A DNA stretch of 63,583 nucleotides, counting the filler, from Octopus bimaculoides (taxonomy: Eukaryota): the NCBI RefSeq assembly GCF_001194135.2. It is 7 parts of 6 records of this genome, joined end to end, with 100 filler letters (N's around TTAATTAATTAA, not from the genome) between each part and the next. Parts side by side here need not be neighbours in the genome. Positions count along the whole stretch, not along the records: positions 20,040 to 29,194 come from NC_068984.1; positions 29,295 to 56,229 come from NC_068983.1; 5 more parts are not named here. One strand, 5' to 3'. A program made the position numbers and the translations under genes. Position 1 is the first letter of the stretch. Every line of letters starts with the position of its first letter. Below, one piece after another: positions 26,869-39,960 of the stretch. The notes below the pieces were generated by a model that had not been told where the DNA came from, made no database searches, and worked only from the letters and a program-made list of their open reading frames with translations.

Positions 26869-27169
26869 GTGGAGGCGCAATGGCCCAGTGGTTAGGGCAG
26901 CGGACTCGCGGTCATAGGATCGCGGTTTCGATTCCCAGACCGGGCGTTGTGAGTGTTTATTGAGCAATAACACTTAAAGCTCCACGAGGCTCCGGCTGGG
27001 GATAGGTGGCGAACCCTACTGTACTCTTTCACCACAACTTTCTCTCACTCTTGTTTCTGTTGTGCCTGTAATTCAAAGGGTCAGCCTTGTCACACTGAAT
27101 ATCCCCGAGAACTACGTTAAGGGTGCACGTGTCTGTGGAGTGCTCAGCCACTTGCACGTTAATTTCACG
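26869..27169 (+). mobile_element. SINE family A, running into a gap
   Basis: tRNA-like head with A and B boxes; matches 3172-3555. Confidence 0.9.
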
Positions 27170-27931
27170 NNNNNNNNNNNNNNNNNNNNNNNNNNNNNNN
27201 NNNNNNNNNNNNNNNNNNNNNNNNNNNNNNNNNNNNNNNNNNNNNNNNNNNNNNNNNNNNNNNNNNNNNNNNNNNNNNNNNNNNNNNNNNNNNNNNNNNN
27301 NNNNNNNNNNNNNNNNNNNNNNNNNNNNNNNNNNNNNNNNNNNNNNNNNNNNNNNNNNNNNNNNNNNNNNNNNNNNNNNNNNNNNNNNNNNNNNNNNNNN
27401 NNNNNNNNNNNNNNNNNNNNNNNNNNNNNNNNNNNNNNNNNNNNNNNNNNNNNNNNNNNNNNNNNNNNNNNNNNNNNNNNNNNNNNNNNNNNNNNNNNNN
27501 NNNNNNNNNNNNNNNNNNNNNNNNNNNNNNNNNNNNNNNNNNNNNNNNNNNNNNNNNNNNNNNNNNNNNNNNNNNNNNNNNNNNNNNNNNNNNNNNNNNN
27601 NNNNNNNNNNNNNNNNNNNNNNNNNNNNNNNNNNNNNNNNNNNNNNNNNNNNNNNNNNNNNNNNNNNNNNNNNNNNNNNNNNNNNNNNNNNNNNNNNNNN
27701 NNNNNNNNNNNNNNNNNNNNNNNNNNNNNNNNNNNNNNNNNNNNNNNNNNNNNNNNNNNNNNNNNNNNNNNNNNNNNNNNNNNNNNNNNNNNNNNNNNNN
27801 NNNNNNNNNNNNNNNNNNNNNNNNNNNNNNNNNNNNNNNNNNNNNNAACCCGGAACCATGTGGTTGGCAAGCAAACTACTTACCACACAGCCATATAAAT
27901 TATTCTAAATATTAATATTCTTTCTATTATA

Positions 27932-28490
27932 AAGGCGGCGAGCTGGCAGAATCGGTCGCGCGCCGGGCGAAATGCTTAGCGGTATTTCGTCGGCCGTTAC
28001 GTTCTGAGTTCAAATTCCGCCGAGGTTGACGTTGCCTTTCATCTTTCGGAGTCGATAAATTAAGTACCAGTTACTCACTGGGATCGATGTAATCGACTTA
28101 ATCCATTTGTCTGTCCTTGTTTGTCCCCTCTATGTTTAGCCCTTTGTGGGCAATAAAGAAATAAGAATCGTTAGCACACGGGCAAAATGCTTAGTGGTAC
28201 TTCGTCCGTCTTTACGTTCTGAGTTCAAATTCTGCCAAGGTTGATTTTGCCTTTCATCCTTTCAGCGGCGATGAGATAAGTATCAGTGAAACACTAGAGT
28301 TGATGCAATCGACTAGTCCTCTCCCTCTTCCCTGAAATTGGTGGCCTTGCGCAAAAATTTGAAACCAATACGTCTTCCGATTCTATATATTCTGAGTTCA
28401 AATTCCGCCAGTATCGACATTGCCTTTCATCCCCCAGGAAGTCGATAAAACAGTACCAGTCAAGTACTGGAGTTTGATGGCAACGACGAA
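27932..28490 (+). mobile_element. Cluster of SINE family C copies
   Basis: ttctgagttcaaatt…cctttcatc…gtcgata recurs at about 28000, 28215 and 28390. Confidence 0.85.
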
Positions 28491-29194
28491 GCTGCTACTC
28501 CATACAACTGCAGTTATTGTGCCTAAATTAAAAACCAATGGTATACCTGACTTATTTTTATTAGTGTATCTAGCATAGAAGTTTATTATTACAAAGGAGA
28601 AGCAAAGAAGGAAAACAAAATACGTTATCAAAGCGAGAATGACAGAGCGTGATGCAAGAAAGTAAAATTGAAAACTGTTATCGGACATAAAAGAAAGAAG
28701 ATATTTTTTGGTCTCACTTTACTCATTGGAGGAATTTCCATCATTTCCTGAATAGGATCGGAATACATCTTTAAATTCAGGTACATATATGTTTTATTTT
28801 TATTTGTCGTTGCGATATTTATATGCAGTAAAGATCCGAATGTTTCAAATGTTGACGTCTCAGATTTCAGATAAATCGTCAACAGAATTCTAACAGATAA
28901 AGCTGTTGCGGAATGTAAATTGTTAACTGTGCATGAAGAAAACTAAAGCAGGCCTAGATTGAGAAAATTCAATCGTTGTTAGTGCAAGTAGCATTTTCTG
29001 CTTACTTCTGCAATTGATGATTGTTCCTTTCTCGTTGGAAATTTTCCGATTTTTATACTATTTTCTTAGAAATATTATACGGCTATATATGTGTGGTTAA
29101 GAAATTCGCGGGTTTTAGGGCTCGGTCCTAATGAGCGGCAACTTGGGCAAGATTCTTCTCTTTCTAATCCGAGCCGACCAAAGTTTTGTGGGTA

Positions 29195-29294
29195 NNNNNN
29201 NNNNNNNNNNNNNNNNNNNNNNNNNNNNNNNNNNNNNNTTAATTAATTAANNNNNNNNNNNNNNNNNNNNNNNNNNNNNNNNNNNNNNNNNNNN
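29195..29294. other. Artificial scaffold spacer
   Basis: Same 44/12/44 layout. Confidence 0.97.
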
Positions 29295-29417
29295 AAGATG
29301 GACTTATGTATTCTTCCTCACATTTGGATTTTTATGTATTCTCTCTCTCACTTGGATTTGAAATGTTGCCACTTTTATAATATGTCTTTTCTACAGTAAT
29401 TTTTCTGCATTTTTTCG

Positions 29418-29506
29418 TGCAGCTGAAGATTGCTCTTCATATTGCATTTAAGGTAATGCTCGCATTACTTAAATAAATTGAAGTAGCATGAAACGTGCGT
29501 ACTGCA
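29418..29506 (+). ncRNA. Type I hammerhead ribozyme candidate with long stem II
   Basis: TGCAG CTGAAGA t TGCT CTTCA...GTAATG ctcg CATTAC...TGAAG t AGCA t GAAAC GTGC GT A CTGCA. Stem I is 5 bp, the core is intact, the triplet is GUA, and ACGTGCGT is self-complementary with two G-U pairs. Confidence 0.7.
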
Positions 29507-29654
29507 ATCACCTTTGAAATCCGTGTTGCTTATTTTTTGATTTTAATCACCTATCCTTTTGGGATGCGATATTCGGGTGCCTACGCATAAGTACCATATT
29601 CAACTTTGAATCTATATCTAAACCGTATATATATGTATATGTATATATATATAA

Positions 29655-30580
29655 AACACTACTTGTGACCCGTTGGGTCACCGGGAAAGTCTGAGTTTCC
29701 CAGCAACGGAGTTTTGCTTCATGGTTTTTTTCTTTTACAGGTTATTTTGCATACTTTCAACGAATGTTACATCGAAATCACGCGTAAACGGCTCCTTTCC
29801 CCAGAAAAGGAATGATCTGGCTACCATTTCTTGCATGCCCTGCTGCCACATAAACAGGTATTTTGTGTCCTTTATCGCAAATACCTGTTACGTGGTAGCA
29901 GGGCGTGCTAGAAATAGCAGCTAAATCTTTGGAGGTGAGATATGTTGAATGCACTTGAAAAAAACCTATGAAAAAAAGATAATTTCATACGGAGGTTACG
30001 AACGGGTCTTTTACGAAAAGTTTATCGTATTTTTAAAGTAATTTTCACCTTAAAATGTATCTTAAATATGCCCTCCAAAATTTTTGTAATGGGTATTCCC
30101 TAGAAAATAATTTTAAGAAACATTAAAGCATTGTCTGTTTAAAGAAAGCTAAAATATAAATACTTACTGTACAAACAACTTACATTTTTGAAATCACATT
30201 CACTTAAAAATATTTCTAAATGATCAAAATATTGTGTTTAACAAAAGCGAAAATAGAAACATTTACTGTAAAAAAATAACTCGTATTTTTCTGTTGTCAA
30301 GTTACTGTGTTTAATCGAAAGGTTAAAGTGTCTTTCTTTTTAGGATGAAGTTATATTCGGAATATTTTCCCATTATGCACCGTTTTGGGTATTTATACCC
30401 CCAAATCCCGAATATCGCAATAACTACTGGTCCAGTTTATGAGAAACTTGTTTTATCGATTCGTATTAACATTTCAGGGACAACTTAATTCATAGTATTT
30501 TCCCATTATGCGCCAGTTTGGCTGTGTAACACTGCAAGCAAGCAAACAAGATTGAACTTCACTTTTATTAGTATTAGATA
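29655..30580 (+). mobile_element. Possible non-autonomous Helitron/Helentron-associated element
   Basis: A 5' hairpin gtgaccc-gtt-gggtcac and a 3' end ttttattagtattagat resemble non-autonomous rolling-circle elements. There is no coding evidence. Confidence 0.35.
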
Positions 30581-31323
30581 TACATACATATACCCAGGCC
30601 TATTCCCCAGTTTTTTTAGGAGGGGGTAGCCACAACAAGACACACACCAGGTATTCCATTCATTTCTCAGCTCAAAGAGGCGAGCCCCGTCCTATGCTCA
30701 CATCAAGGCATAGAACATGTGATGTAGCTTGCAACATTGTGCAGCGTTGCAAGTTACACCAATGAAGACGGCAGTAACTGAAAGGAGCCCATCGTGTGTG
30801 TGTGTGTGTGTTGGCTTGACAAATTGTTTAAAAAGTTTGTTAAGACATTAGGATATTTACCTACTTTTTTCTAGTATGAAACCAATGGCAGCCTTAATTT
30901 ACAAATAAAGAAATTATATCCACCAATGCAATGATGAGCACTCATTTTCATCGTTAGACATTCATTATATATATATGTGTGTGTAATATATTATACGCAC
31001 GCACAACAGAACATATATAAGGCCTTTTGCAGTGCAGAACTAAATTGCTTTCGTCCGCCATTGTCCCCTCAAATTTGAATAGCCATGGTCCAAATTGAGA
31101 ATTAAATCTCTTGTGTTTTTATTTCAACTAAGGTAAAAGTATAACATCAAATTTTAAAGTTTTTTTTATTCATTCATTCTTTACTTTAAGAAATATGGTT
31201 GTAAATACAACAGACATTTTATAAAAACGCAGTAGACACCTGAAACTGTCTAACGTGTACATATGTCATCACACCTGTATTTCAACATAGTGACTAATCT
31301 CAGGTTATCGAAGTACAACTACC

Positions 31324-31955
31324 GGATCTAGTTCAAAACGGGGGCACTAGTATTTTCTTAACGAAACACTAACGAAACACTTTGAAACTTGGGAAACTGG
31401 TAGAATGTGTCATATAAAACATCTTTTACTCTTAGTCTTCTTAACAAAAAAAACGTACATCGCAAGTTATTCCATGTTAAAGTTGTCGTATTTCTGTAAT
31501 TTCAACCAATCACTGACGTCTATTCAGCTGAATAGAGTTACTGTTGGGCGGTCATAAAAATGTTATTTCCTGTGACATATTTCATCCGGTTTAATCCTAA
31601 TTTATACGCATATATTGTTTATATAATAAATTACGCTGTGTGTATCTATGTGTGTAACAATTTTAGAGTTCGGATTCTAGAGTTAGGGTTAACAGTCTAG
31701 TTAGGGTTAGAGTTAGGGGATTAATACGATATACACCGTTACAGCGCTAACTGTTTTCAACTGAATAGACGTCAGTGATTAGTAGAAATTATCGAAATAA
31801 GACAATTTTTTACATGAAATAAATTCGAATACAAAAATTTTTTTCTGTTCTATAACACAAAATAGATAAGTATACGAAGTTTGAAAGTCTTTCGGTACCA
31901 AAAACACTACATAAAACATAAATGAAAACTGGTGCCCCCGTTTTGAACAAGATCC
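31324..31955. mobile_element. Non-autonomous foldback/MITE with 8-bp target-site duplication (MULE-like)
   Basis: Termini are ggatctagttcaaaacgggggcactagt and actggtgcccccgttttgaacaagatcc. CAACTACC flanks both ends (31316-31323 and 31956-31963). An inner inverted pair lies at about 31490-31545 and 31740-31805. Confidence 0.85.
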
Positions 31956-32109
31956 CAACTACCAGTAAGCTTTCGTAAATTCTTCATCTCTGTGGACCAC
32001 AATGAACTGATAGTAATATACTTTATAGTGGACAACGATAAACCTAATCAGCAGGTTGAATTATCTTCTGTGTATTTTTTTTATCTGCAAAACTGCTACT
32101 GACGTTAAC

Positions 32110-32480
32110 AAAATAATTTTTTCAGTAATGTTAGTTTGGTCCAGTCAGTAAAATTATCAATACTCATCAGGTTTGGTTGACCTAAAATAATTCTTGATAT
32201 CTTTTATTAAAACAAACTTTCTGCTCCTTTGAACCTGCTGTAGTTGCAATAGTTAAGAATAGTCTCAAACTAACATAAACATCTGGAAGTATCTCACAGT
32301 TGTTGAAGTTACTTAATAAATTTAACAATTTCAGATTTTTCTTTCTGTACTGCTGGTAAATGTTAAATTTCTGTGGCAAAATCTTCCTCTTTAAAGTCAG
32401 TATGACATCAGTGTGCTAACACATTTGCTATTTTTTCGAGTCCTCCTTCAGACATTGTTTGATGTTTTTACAAGAAATAA
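32110..32480 (-). mobile_element. hAT transposase C-terminal dimerisation-domain relic
   Basis: Reads LPDVYVSLRLFLTIATT, then IKNYFRST in a shifted frame, resembling FP.V..ALRIFLT.P...LIKNYLRST. Confidence 0.65.
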
Positions 32481-33129
32481 AAATGTGTCCAACATCATTA
32501 AAATGTATAGTTAATCCTGCAATATAAAACACTGGTTTTCTGGGCCCTTGTGGCAAATCCTCTTAATTGGTCATTTCCGCAACACTATTATTGCGGGTTG
32601 GGTTTGCTGGCTGCTTATAAAAAGATAAATAACACTCGCGAACAATTAAGAGGAGCTTTATTCACTGCATTGCACAGTGCTTTCTGTGTTGGGCTTTGGG
32701 TGAAAAATAAAAGCAACAATTTATACACACTAGGAGAGACAAAATCTGGGGTCTACAACAAAATAACTGGTATGTATCGATCTGTGACTACTTGGCCATT
32801 ACATTTGGGGGAATGGGATAAATTCATAACGCCAAACCAGTACGTTCAGTCTGTATGGCTGGTGAATAGGAAAAATGAGAATGGAGTTGTTAAAGTAACC
32901 GTCTTGGCATTCTGAAATTACCGTTTCTAAGACACATTTGAAGGTTCTAGAAAGTCGAATCACACGATGGTTTGATGCTGATTGCTTCGTTAATCGGCCG
33001 ATCACGTAAAACGATCTCAGCGTGGCATCCGCACGGCTATCCAGCGATTTGGTTTCGAACCTGACACACTACCAAACGGAGTTGTGTCCTCGTGTATTCT
33101 TTTTTACCCACCCTCACACCCATAGGAAA

Positions 33130-33900
33130 TGAGTATTGATTTTACACTTTTAAAATGAATTTAGATCATATTCACATGCTGTTGGAATTCAAATGGAGCT
33201 TGTCAACAATGGAAGTGGCAAGAAATATTCGTTCTGTCTATTGAAAAAAAGCTTTAAATGTCCGAACATACCAACGATGGTTTGGTCATTTTCGCCTGAG
33301 AAAATTTTTTCTTTCACAGATTCTTCTTGATCTGGACGACGACCAATATCGAGCTTCTGAAAACTGTAGCTGAGAGCAGTCCAAAGCAAATTGCATGAGA
33401 ATTAGCAAAACAGTTCTTCAATTCACACTTCAATCATCAGTTATGTTCTATTTTGGGTGGGATATGAAGAGTGTTGTCTATCATAAAGTGTTAAACCAAA
33501 ACAAAACAGTCGAGGCAGGGAAGTGTATGTTATACGTTGGAATCATTGCACACAAAAAATTCGCAGAAAGACATTCATTATTGGTCAGTTGTACAATAAT
33601 GTAAGATCACATATTGCCCAAGTCACTCAAGAAACGATTATAGAACTAAATATGGAAGGTTTGTCTCATCCCTCTTACTCTTCTGGCTTTGCTCACTCTA
33701 ACATCTTTTCGGATCATAGTAATCTAGAGGGAAAACAGTTTAATAATTGTGAAGAGGTTAAAAATGATATCGAGTGTTTCTTTGCTTTCAAGCCAGAAGA
33801 ATTTTGCGCTGAAAGAATCAACAATTTGCCAAATAAGTAGGATTATGTTTATGAATAATGAAAGGAAATATTATCTTGATTGAATATTCCAAGTAAAATT
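33130..33900 (+). mobile_element. mariner (DD34D-type) transposase pseudogene with internal deletion
   Basis: Motifs ARNI..VY...ALNVRTYQRWF..F, SGRRP, VMFYFGWDMK.VVY, HPSYS and F..KP.EF....I..LP. Confidence 0.8.
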
Positions 33901-34599
33901 AAAGAAGTATGTGTTTCTTTCTCATCTTGAAATGCAACAAGATTTTTTGACGTTTGGCTCTATCAAACAATACTTTAGTCTGCAAATCATATAATCTCTC
34001 TCTCTCTCTCTCTTACACTTTCTCTCTTCCTTGATTCATCCTCTCTTATCTTTGTTGCTTCAGCTTACCTGATCAGGTGACACATTCCATGGTTCATAAG
34101 TTCTCATACATATACACACACGTCATAGACACACCCATATACATACACAATCAACATACACACACCCACATATCTCTTCCTGAATCAGAAAGTTTCTTTT
34201 GAAATAATTTTCTTTCTTTCTTTTTTTTTCTTTGTTTCTTTCTGTTTCTCTTAAATGTTTCATTTTAAAAGTGAGTCATAAAAACTAAAAAAAGCCAACC
34301 TGAAACACGTGATATCGATGTTTCACAATCACCAAACAACAACAGCAACTATCACCACCGCAATATTAGTTTATGTCAAAGGCGGTGAGTTGGTACAATC
34401 GTCAGTATGCCGGACAAAATGCTTGGCGGTCTTTTGTCCGTCTTTGTTCTGAATTCATACTTTTTGTCCCTTCGAGGTCGATAAAATACGTGTCAGTTGA
34501 GTACTGGTTTCGATGTAACCGTACTTTCCCCCCGCCATCGAACATGCTGGCCTTGTGCTAGGATTTGAAAAAATCGATAATATTGAGTGAAAATAGGGG

Positions 34600-35900
34600 G
34601 TGCTGCAGTTCCGCAGTGCCTATATACGAGCTGTCACTGTCTAGGACAAAGGTCTAGGGGCTTAGCTGATGTGCACTATCAGAATCTACTTACTCATAGA
34701 GCAGTCCGGGCTTTGTAGCTTTTGAGCAACTAGACTAGGAGAAGGCCACTCTGATCTAAAATCTGCAATCAATTTAGCATCAGACACGTGACATACTGTG
34801 CATCAGTACAGGAAAATGTGCAGGTGGTTCAGTAACATTTTATCAGCAAATACCACCATTATGTTTTGATAATGAGAGTGTACCCCACCCCACTAAAAAT
34901 TTTTTAAAAATCCTATGATGATGAAGGAATAGCGACAGGAATAGGTGAAGGATGTCACTGGAAGTTCTTAGCTTGAACTTTGCACACATGTGGTGAAAAG
35001 TAGATGTCCGCCTTATACAACATCTGTGGGTAATTCTGTAATTTGTGTCCTCCTTTCACAACAAAGCAACCCTGTTTAGGATGACACTACTTTCCTCTTA
35101 TGGAGGAAGGGGTCAAGAAAATGTGACCCCAAAATTGTTTACTCACATTGCTCCTTGTCATTAGGTGCAAATGACTGGGCACCCAAACCTGCACCAGAAA
35201 ATTAAGCAAATTGAAAACAGAAAACCTCTTTATTGCATCTTGGAATGTGAGAATTCTTCAAGATAGCAAGAAAAATATAAAACGTAGGACTGGTTTGGTT
35301 GCCCATGTCTTGAAGGAAAAAAATCATCAGAATAGCGGCTCTTTCAGAAACCAGGTTTAATGAACTGTGGTCAGCTGCAGGAAGTTGATGGTGAATACAC
35401 TTTTTTCTGGATGGGTAAGCTTCAAGAAATCAAAAAAGAGGCAGATATTGGGTTTCCTATTCGGAATGACCTGGTGAAACAAACTTGAATCTCTGCCTGT
35501 TGGCATTAGTGAAAGACTCATGTTGTTGCGTATTTGCATTGGCAAAAATAAATACGCAACTATTTTCAGCTGCTGTGCTCAAACCATGAACTCAAATGAA
35601 GTAGTCAAAGAAAACAAAGCATCAGAATGCAGGACCTGGCACCAATCATGCTTCTCCTCAGTTCAAAAATTTTAGCAAAATTGACTCCAGCACCGGGACC
35701 AACTTCGTGAAAACATGAAGGCACACTGGCAAAACACTACTCCTCTAAATGGAAACGTTACCTGTCATTGTGGTTTTGTGGCATGAAGCAAAATATTGTC
35801 CACTCAAGAAACCACATAGTAAATAACCCAGAAACACTCAAGCAAACTGAGTCCTCAACTTGTTCCCTTTGCTAAAAGCAAGACACCAGTTCGTGTCCAT
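34600..35900 (+). mobile_element. RTE-clade LINE 5' region with decayed AP endonuclease
   Basis: Motifs IASWNVRIL, IAALSETRF, YTFFWMGK and PVGISERLMLLR. The upstream gagcaactagactaggagaagg..ctctga resembles an RTE 5' UTR. Boundaries are approximate. Confidence 0.8.
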
Positions 35901-38806
35901 AGAACATGATCAATGCTTTATTTTAGTGTAAGCTAATTTGTTGTTCACAATGAGAGACTCTATCCATATATGTATGTGTGTGTGTGTGTGTGTCCCACCA
36001 CCGCTTGACCACCGGTGTTGGTATGTTTATGTTCCAATAACTTAGCAGTTCGGCAAAAAAGTCCGATAGTATAAGTACTGGGGTCGATTCTTCAAGGTGA
36101 TGCTGCAGCATGGACGCAGTCAAATGATTGAAACAAGTAAGTGATAAAAGTATTTAAGGTAGTTGAATGTTGTCTGAAGGAGATTTGACTATTGTCTTAA
36201 ACAAGAAAATAACATTGGATAATATAGTCTTACAAATTCTTAAGAGAAGGAATGGCCACACCAGGAATGTCTTTGATCCGATGTCTGCTGGATCGGGGCC
36301 ATCATTTAACACAACACTACAAACAATAATAATAACAAATCAGAAGGTTTCAGGCTTGAATCAATTTTATTGATTCTCTTATAGATTTATAAAATTCCTT
36401 TTCTGTGGCCCACTTTTTTCCTCAATTTTATCAATTCCCTTATCGATTTATAATATTTCTTTTCTTCCTGCTAACCTCTCTTTCTATTCCCTGGTTATTT
36501 TCCCTCGATTTCTTCCAACTGTCTCTTTTGAATAGTTACTTCATGAGTAGTTTTGAAGATAGAAAATTGCTTCAGAAATATGGTGGCTATAACCGCCGTA
36601 AAAGCAATCTGTTTAGGAGCCATAACCATTCTGGAAACTACCAGAACAAAATGTTTTTTTTAGTATTTACTCAGGCTTGAATCCTGTTAGATTCCATTTT
36701 ACCTTTCTTGCTTTCTATGAAGCTGCTTCCAGTGTGTGAACATAAGATATCTTTGGCATTATGGATGTTATTATAGTGGCAAGCTAGCAGAATCATTGGT
36801 ACGCCCGGCAAAATACCGACAAAATGTCACAAAATAGTGACATTTTGTCTGTCTTTAAGTTCTGACTTCAATTTCCACTGTAGTCAACCTTGCTTTTCAT
36901 CTTTTTTGAGTCAATAAAATAAATATTAGTCGAACATCGGGGTCAATGTAATCAAATTACCCCTTCCTTCAAAATTGCTGGCCTTGTGCCAAAATTTGAA
37001 ATCAATATTATTAGAAACACCAGAGCTTTGCCTAAAAATTGATTATAAAACCATTTTCTTAACACAGCTGTTGCAACTGTTTTCCTTTGAAAATGCATAT
37101 TTTGAATAAAAACTGTGTTATATGATCAATATCTTAAGTAAATTTGAATTGATTTTACTAGCTCAGCATTACTTACATTTATTTGTCAAATTCCGTCATT
37201 AACAATCTGTTGTCTGTTTTTACGAGAGTATTTGCCTTCTGCAAGTTTGTAGGTGTTTTCTTTTTAGGCCAACAAACAAAACATCTCTCAGGCTGCTCAA
37301 TCTCTATAATAGGGGTGTCAGTATATTTCTATTATACTTATTTACATCAAGTCGATTAGGCCCACTACAGAGATAACAGCATTGAAGGACATAAAGGCCA
37401 ATGCCTAGCTACGAATCGACGGCTTCTTTTGGTAGATTTACTTTATTGACTCAGCAAATTGCATCACATGAATATTCAGAAAAAGACATTTATAAAATTT
37501 CAGACGTCAAAGCAAGCTCTTCATAGGTCAATATAGATCAGAAGTTTATAATTCTACCCTTGCACCCTAGAAAGGATATTAATGGTCTATGTGCTAAATT
37601 TCTCCCAGAAATTTTTCGAGCCTAGATAGTTTTTACACAGCAAGAATCAGTAATTGTTCATGTTCAAATACAAAATGTGAAATCTTAAGTTGAGGCACTG
37701 TTGAACAATTTCTACAGACAAAAATCAACAGTTTTCTCTGTTTACAACCTTGTAAAATTTAATGTCAAATTTTATCAGACTACTTTATATCTTATTCAAC
37801 TGCCATATATTTCCATTATGGAACAACAGAAGTGTCTAAGACAATGAGAATCTGTTTTCTTTTGATAATATTGATATCTGAACCAGAAAAACATTTCATG
37901 TCTGTTCTCAGAACTTTTTCTTTTATTCCCATCAGTGTCACAGAGAAAGGAACGAACATTTTTGTGGATTGTTTTCGACTAATTCTGGTAAGAACTATCT
38001 TCAGTGAAGAAACTATTCCATGAAAGACTCAGAAATGTTTTTTTTCCTCTTCTTTTGCCAACAAGAATCTCACGTCTAAAATGTCAATATATATATATAT
38101 GTACACACACACACATATACATACACACACATACATAGATATATATATACATATAAATTTGACATAGGTGATTCTTCTTGTCTTGGGATTCACAGTTAAA
38201 CGGCTGGGTGGAATTGTGCGAAAAATTACACATGTGTAGAATGATCCGGTGGTGATGCTGGGCTTTGTATTTTTTTCAAAGATCCCATGGTTACCGAAAT
38301 AATCTACTATAATAATACTCTTGTGTTTATGAATGAGAAAGGAAGGGGTGATAGATGAATAAAGAAGGAAGGGGTGATGTCATACTTGGTAGNNNNNNNN
38401 NNGGGTGATAGATGAATAAAGAAGGAAGGGGTGATGTCATACTTGGTAGTGTATGCTGAAAAAAATAAATCAAACAGTGTTTCAACTCTGTGTGAATATA
38501 TGTGTGTGTATATAAAAGTGGGGTATGTTAATGTGTGCGTGCGTGCATGTGCATACACAATAGAAGTGGGATGGTTTATCTTTGTTCGCTTAGTATTTGG
38601 GTTTACTTTTTGATTTGGTTGAATCTTCGTTGTTGTTTTTTTCTTTTTGTTAGTCAGTTATTATTAGCGTTTTGACAGAAAAAAGTCATTCTAAAATTGT
38701 TTTTTGATGTAAGCGTGCCCAAAGAAGTCGAATGCTTACACAGACCAGGTTTTACAGTCACATCATCCAAACCGACCAGATGAAACCAGGCTTAGCTGCT
38801 AGTATA

Positions 38807-38840
<34 letters not shown>

Positions 38841-38853
38841 CATACACACACAC

Positions 38854-38886
<33 letters not shown>

Positions 38887-39109
38887 GATGATGATGATGA
38901 TGATGATATGATATGAACTGGTAGGATGTATTCTGATATTAGATATTTCATCACAACCCAAAGATATGTCATAAGAGTAACCAGGTGTGGCTCTCTAGTA
39001 AGAAGTTTGCTTCCCAACCACATGGCTCTGGGTTCAGTCTCATGTGGTATATTGGGCAAGTGCCTTCTATTATAGCCTTGGGTCAGCCAAAGCCTGCTGT
39101 ATATATATA

Positions 39110-39454
39110 TCATCATCAGCATCATCGTTTAACGTCCGCTTTCCATGCTAGCATGGGTTGGACGATTTGACTGAGGACTGGTGAAGCCGGATGGCAACAC
39201 CAGGCTCCAATCTAATTTGGCAGAGTTTCTACAGCTGGATGCCCTTCCTAACGCCAACCACTCAGAGAGTGTAGTGGGTGCTTTTACGTGTCACCCGCAC
39301 GAAGGCCAGTCAGGCAGTACTGGCAACGGCCACGCTCGAAATGGTGTCTTTTATGTGCCACCCGCACAAAAGCCAGTCCAGGGGCACTGGCAACGATCTC
39401 GCTCGAAAACCCTACGAAGGCCAGTCAGGCGGCACTGGCAACGATCTCACTTCG
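39110..39454 (-). mobile_element. SINE family D (RTE-related 3' end, (GAT)n tail); second copy at 42030-42330
   Basis: catcatcatcgtttaacgtcc…ggatgcccttcctaacgcc…gccagtc..ggcactggcaacg is shared by both copies and has internal subrepeats. Confidence 0.8.
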
Positions 39455-39883
39455 NNNNNNNNNNNNNNNNNNNNNNNNNNNNNNNNNNNNNNNNNNNNNN
39501 NNNNNNNNNNNNNNNNNNNNNNNNNNNNNNNNNNNNNNNNNNNNNNNNNNNNNNNNNNNNNNNNNNNNNNNNNNNNNNNNNNNNNNNNNNNNNNNNNNNN
39601 NNNNNNNNNNNNNNNNNNNNNNNNNNNNNNNNNNNNNNNNNNNNNNNNNNNNNNNNNNNNNNNNNNNNNNNNNNNNNNNNNNNNNNNNNNNNNNNNNNNN
39701 NNNNNNNNNNNNNNNNNNNNNNNNNNNNNNNNNNNNNNNNNNNNNNNNNNNNNNNNNNNNNNNNNNNNNNNNAGGTTCAGTCCCATAGTGTGGCAACTTG
39801 GTCACATGTTTTCTACTATATCTTTGACCCTACCAAAGCCTTGTGAGTAGATTTAGTCGATGGAAACTGAAGGAAACCTGCCT

Positions 39884-39960
<77 letters not shown>

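Noticed and set aside
26869-26945. tRNA genes at the A/B-box sequences (also 513, 3480, 7408, 27932 and 58415)
   Set aside because: Each continues into a shared multi-copy body and has no complete cloverleaf, so they are SINE heads.
28640-28790. Hydrophobic frame with a single TGA, suggesting a mitochondrial insertion
   Set aside because: It has no recognisable similarity to a mitochondrial protein.
8578-29194. Remaining aminopeptidase exons
   Set aside because: No AG..GT-bounded frame with the expected YL…IR.QD or C-terminal motifs was found by eye.
38345-38450. About 47-nt direct repeat either side of an 11-N gap
   Set aside because: This is the typical unmerged contig overlap.
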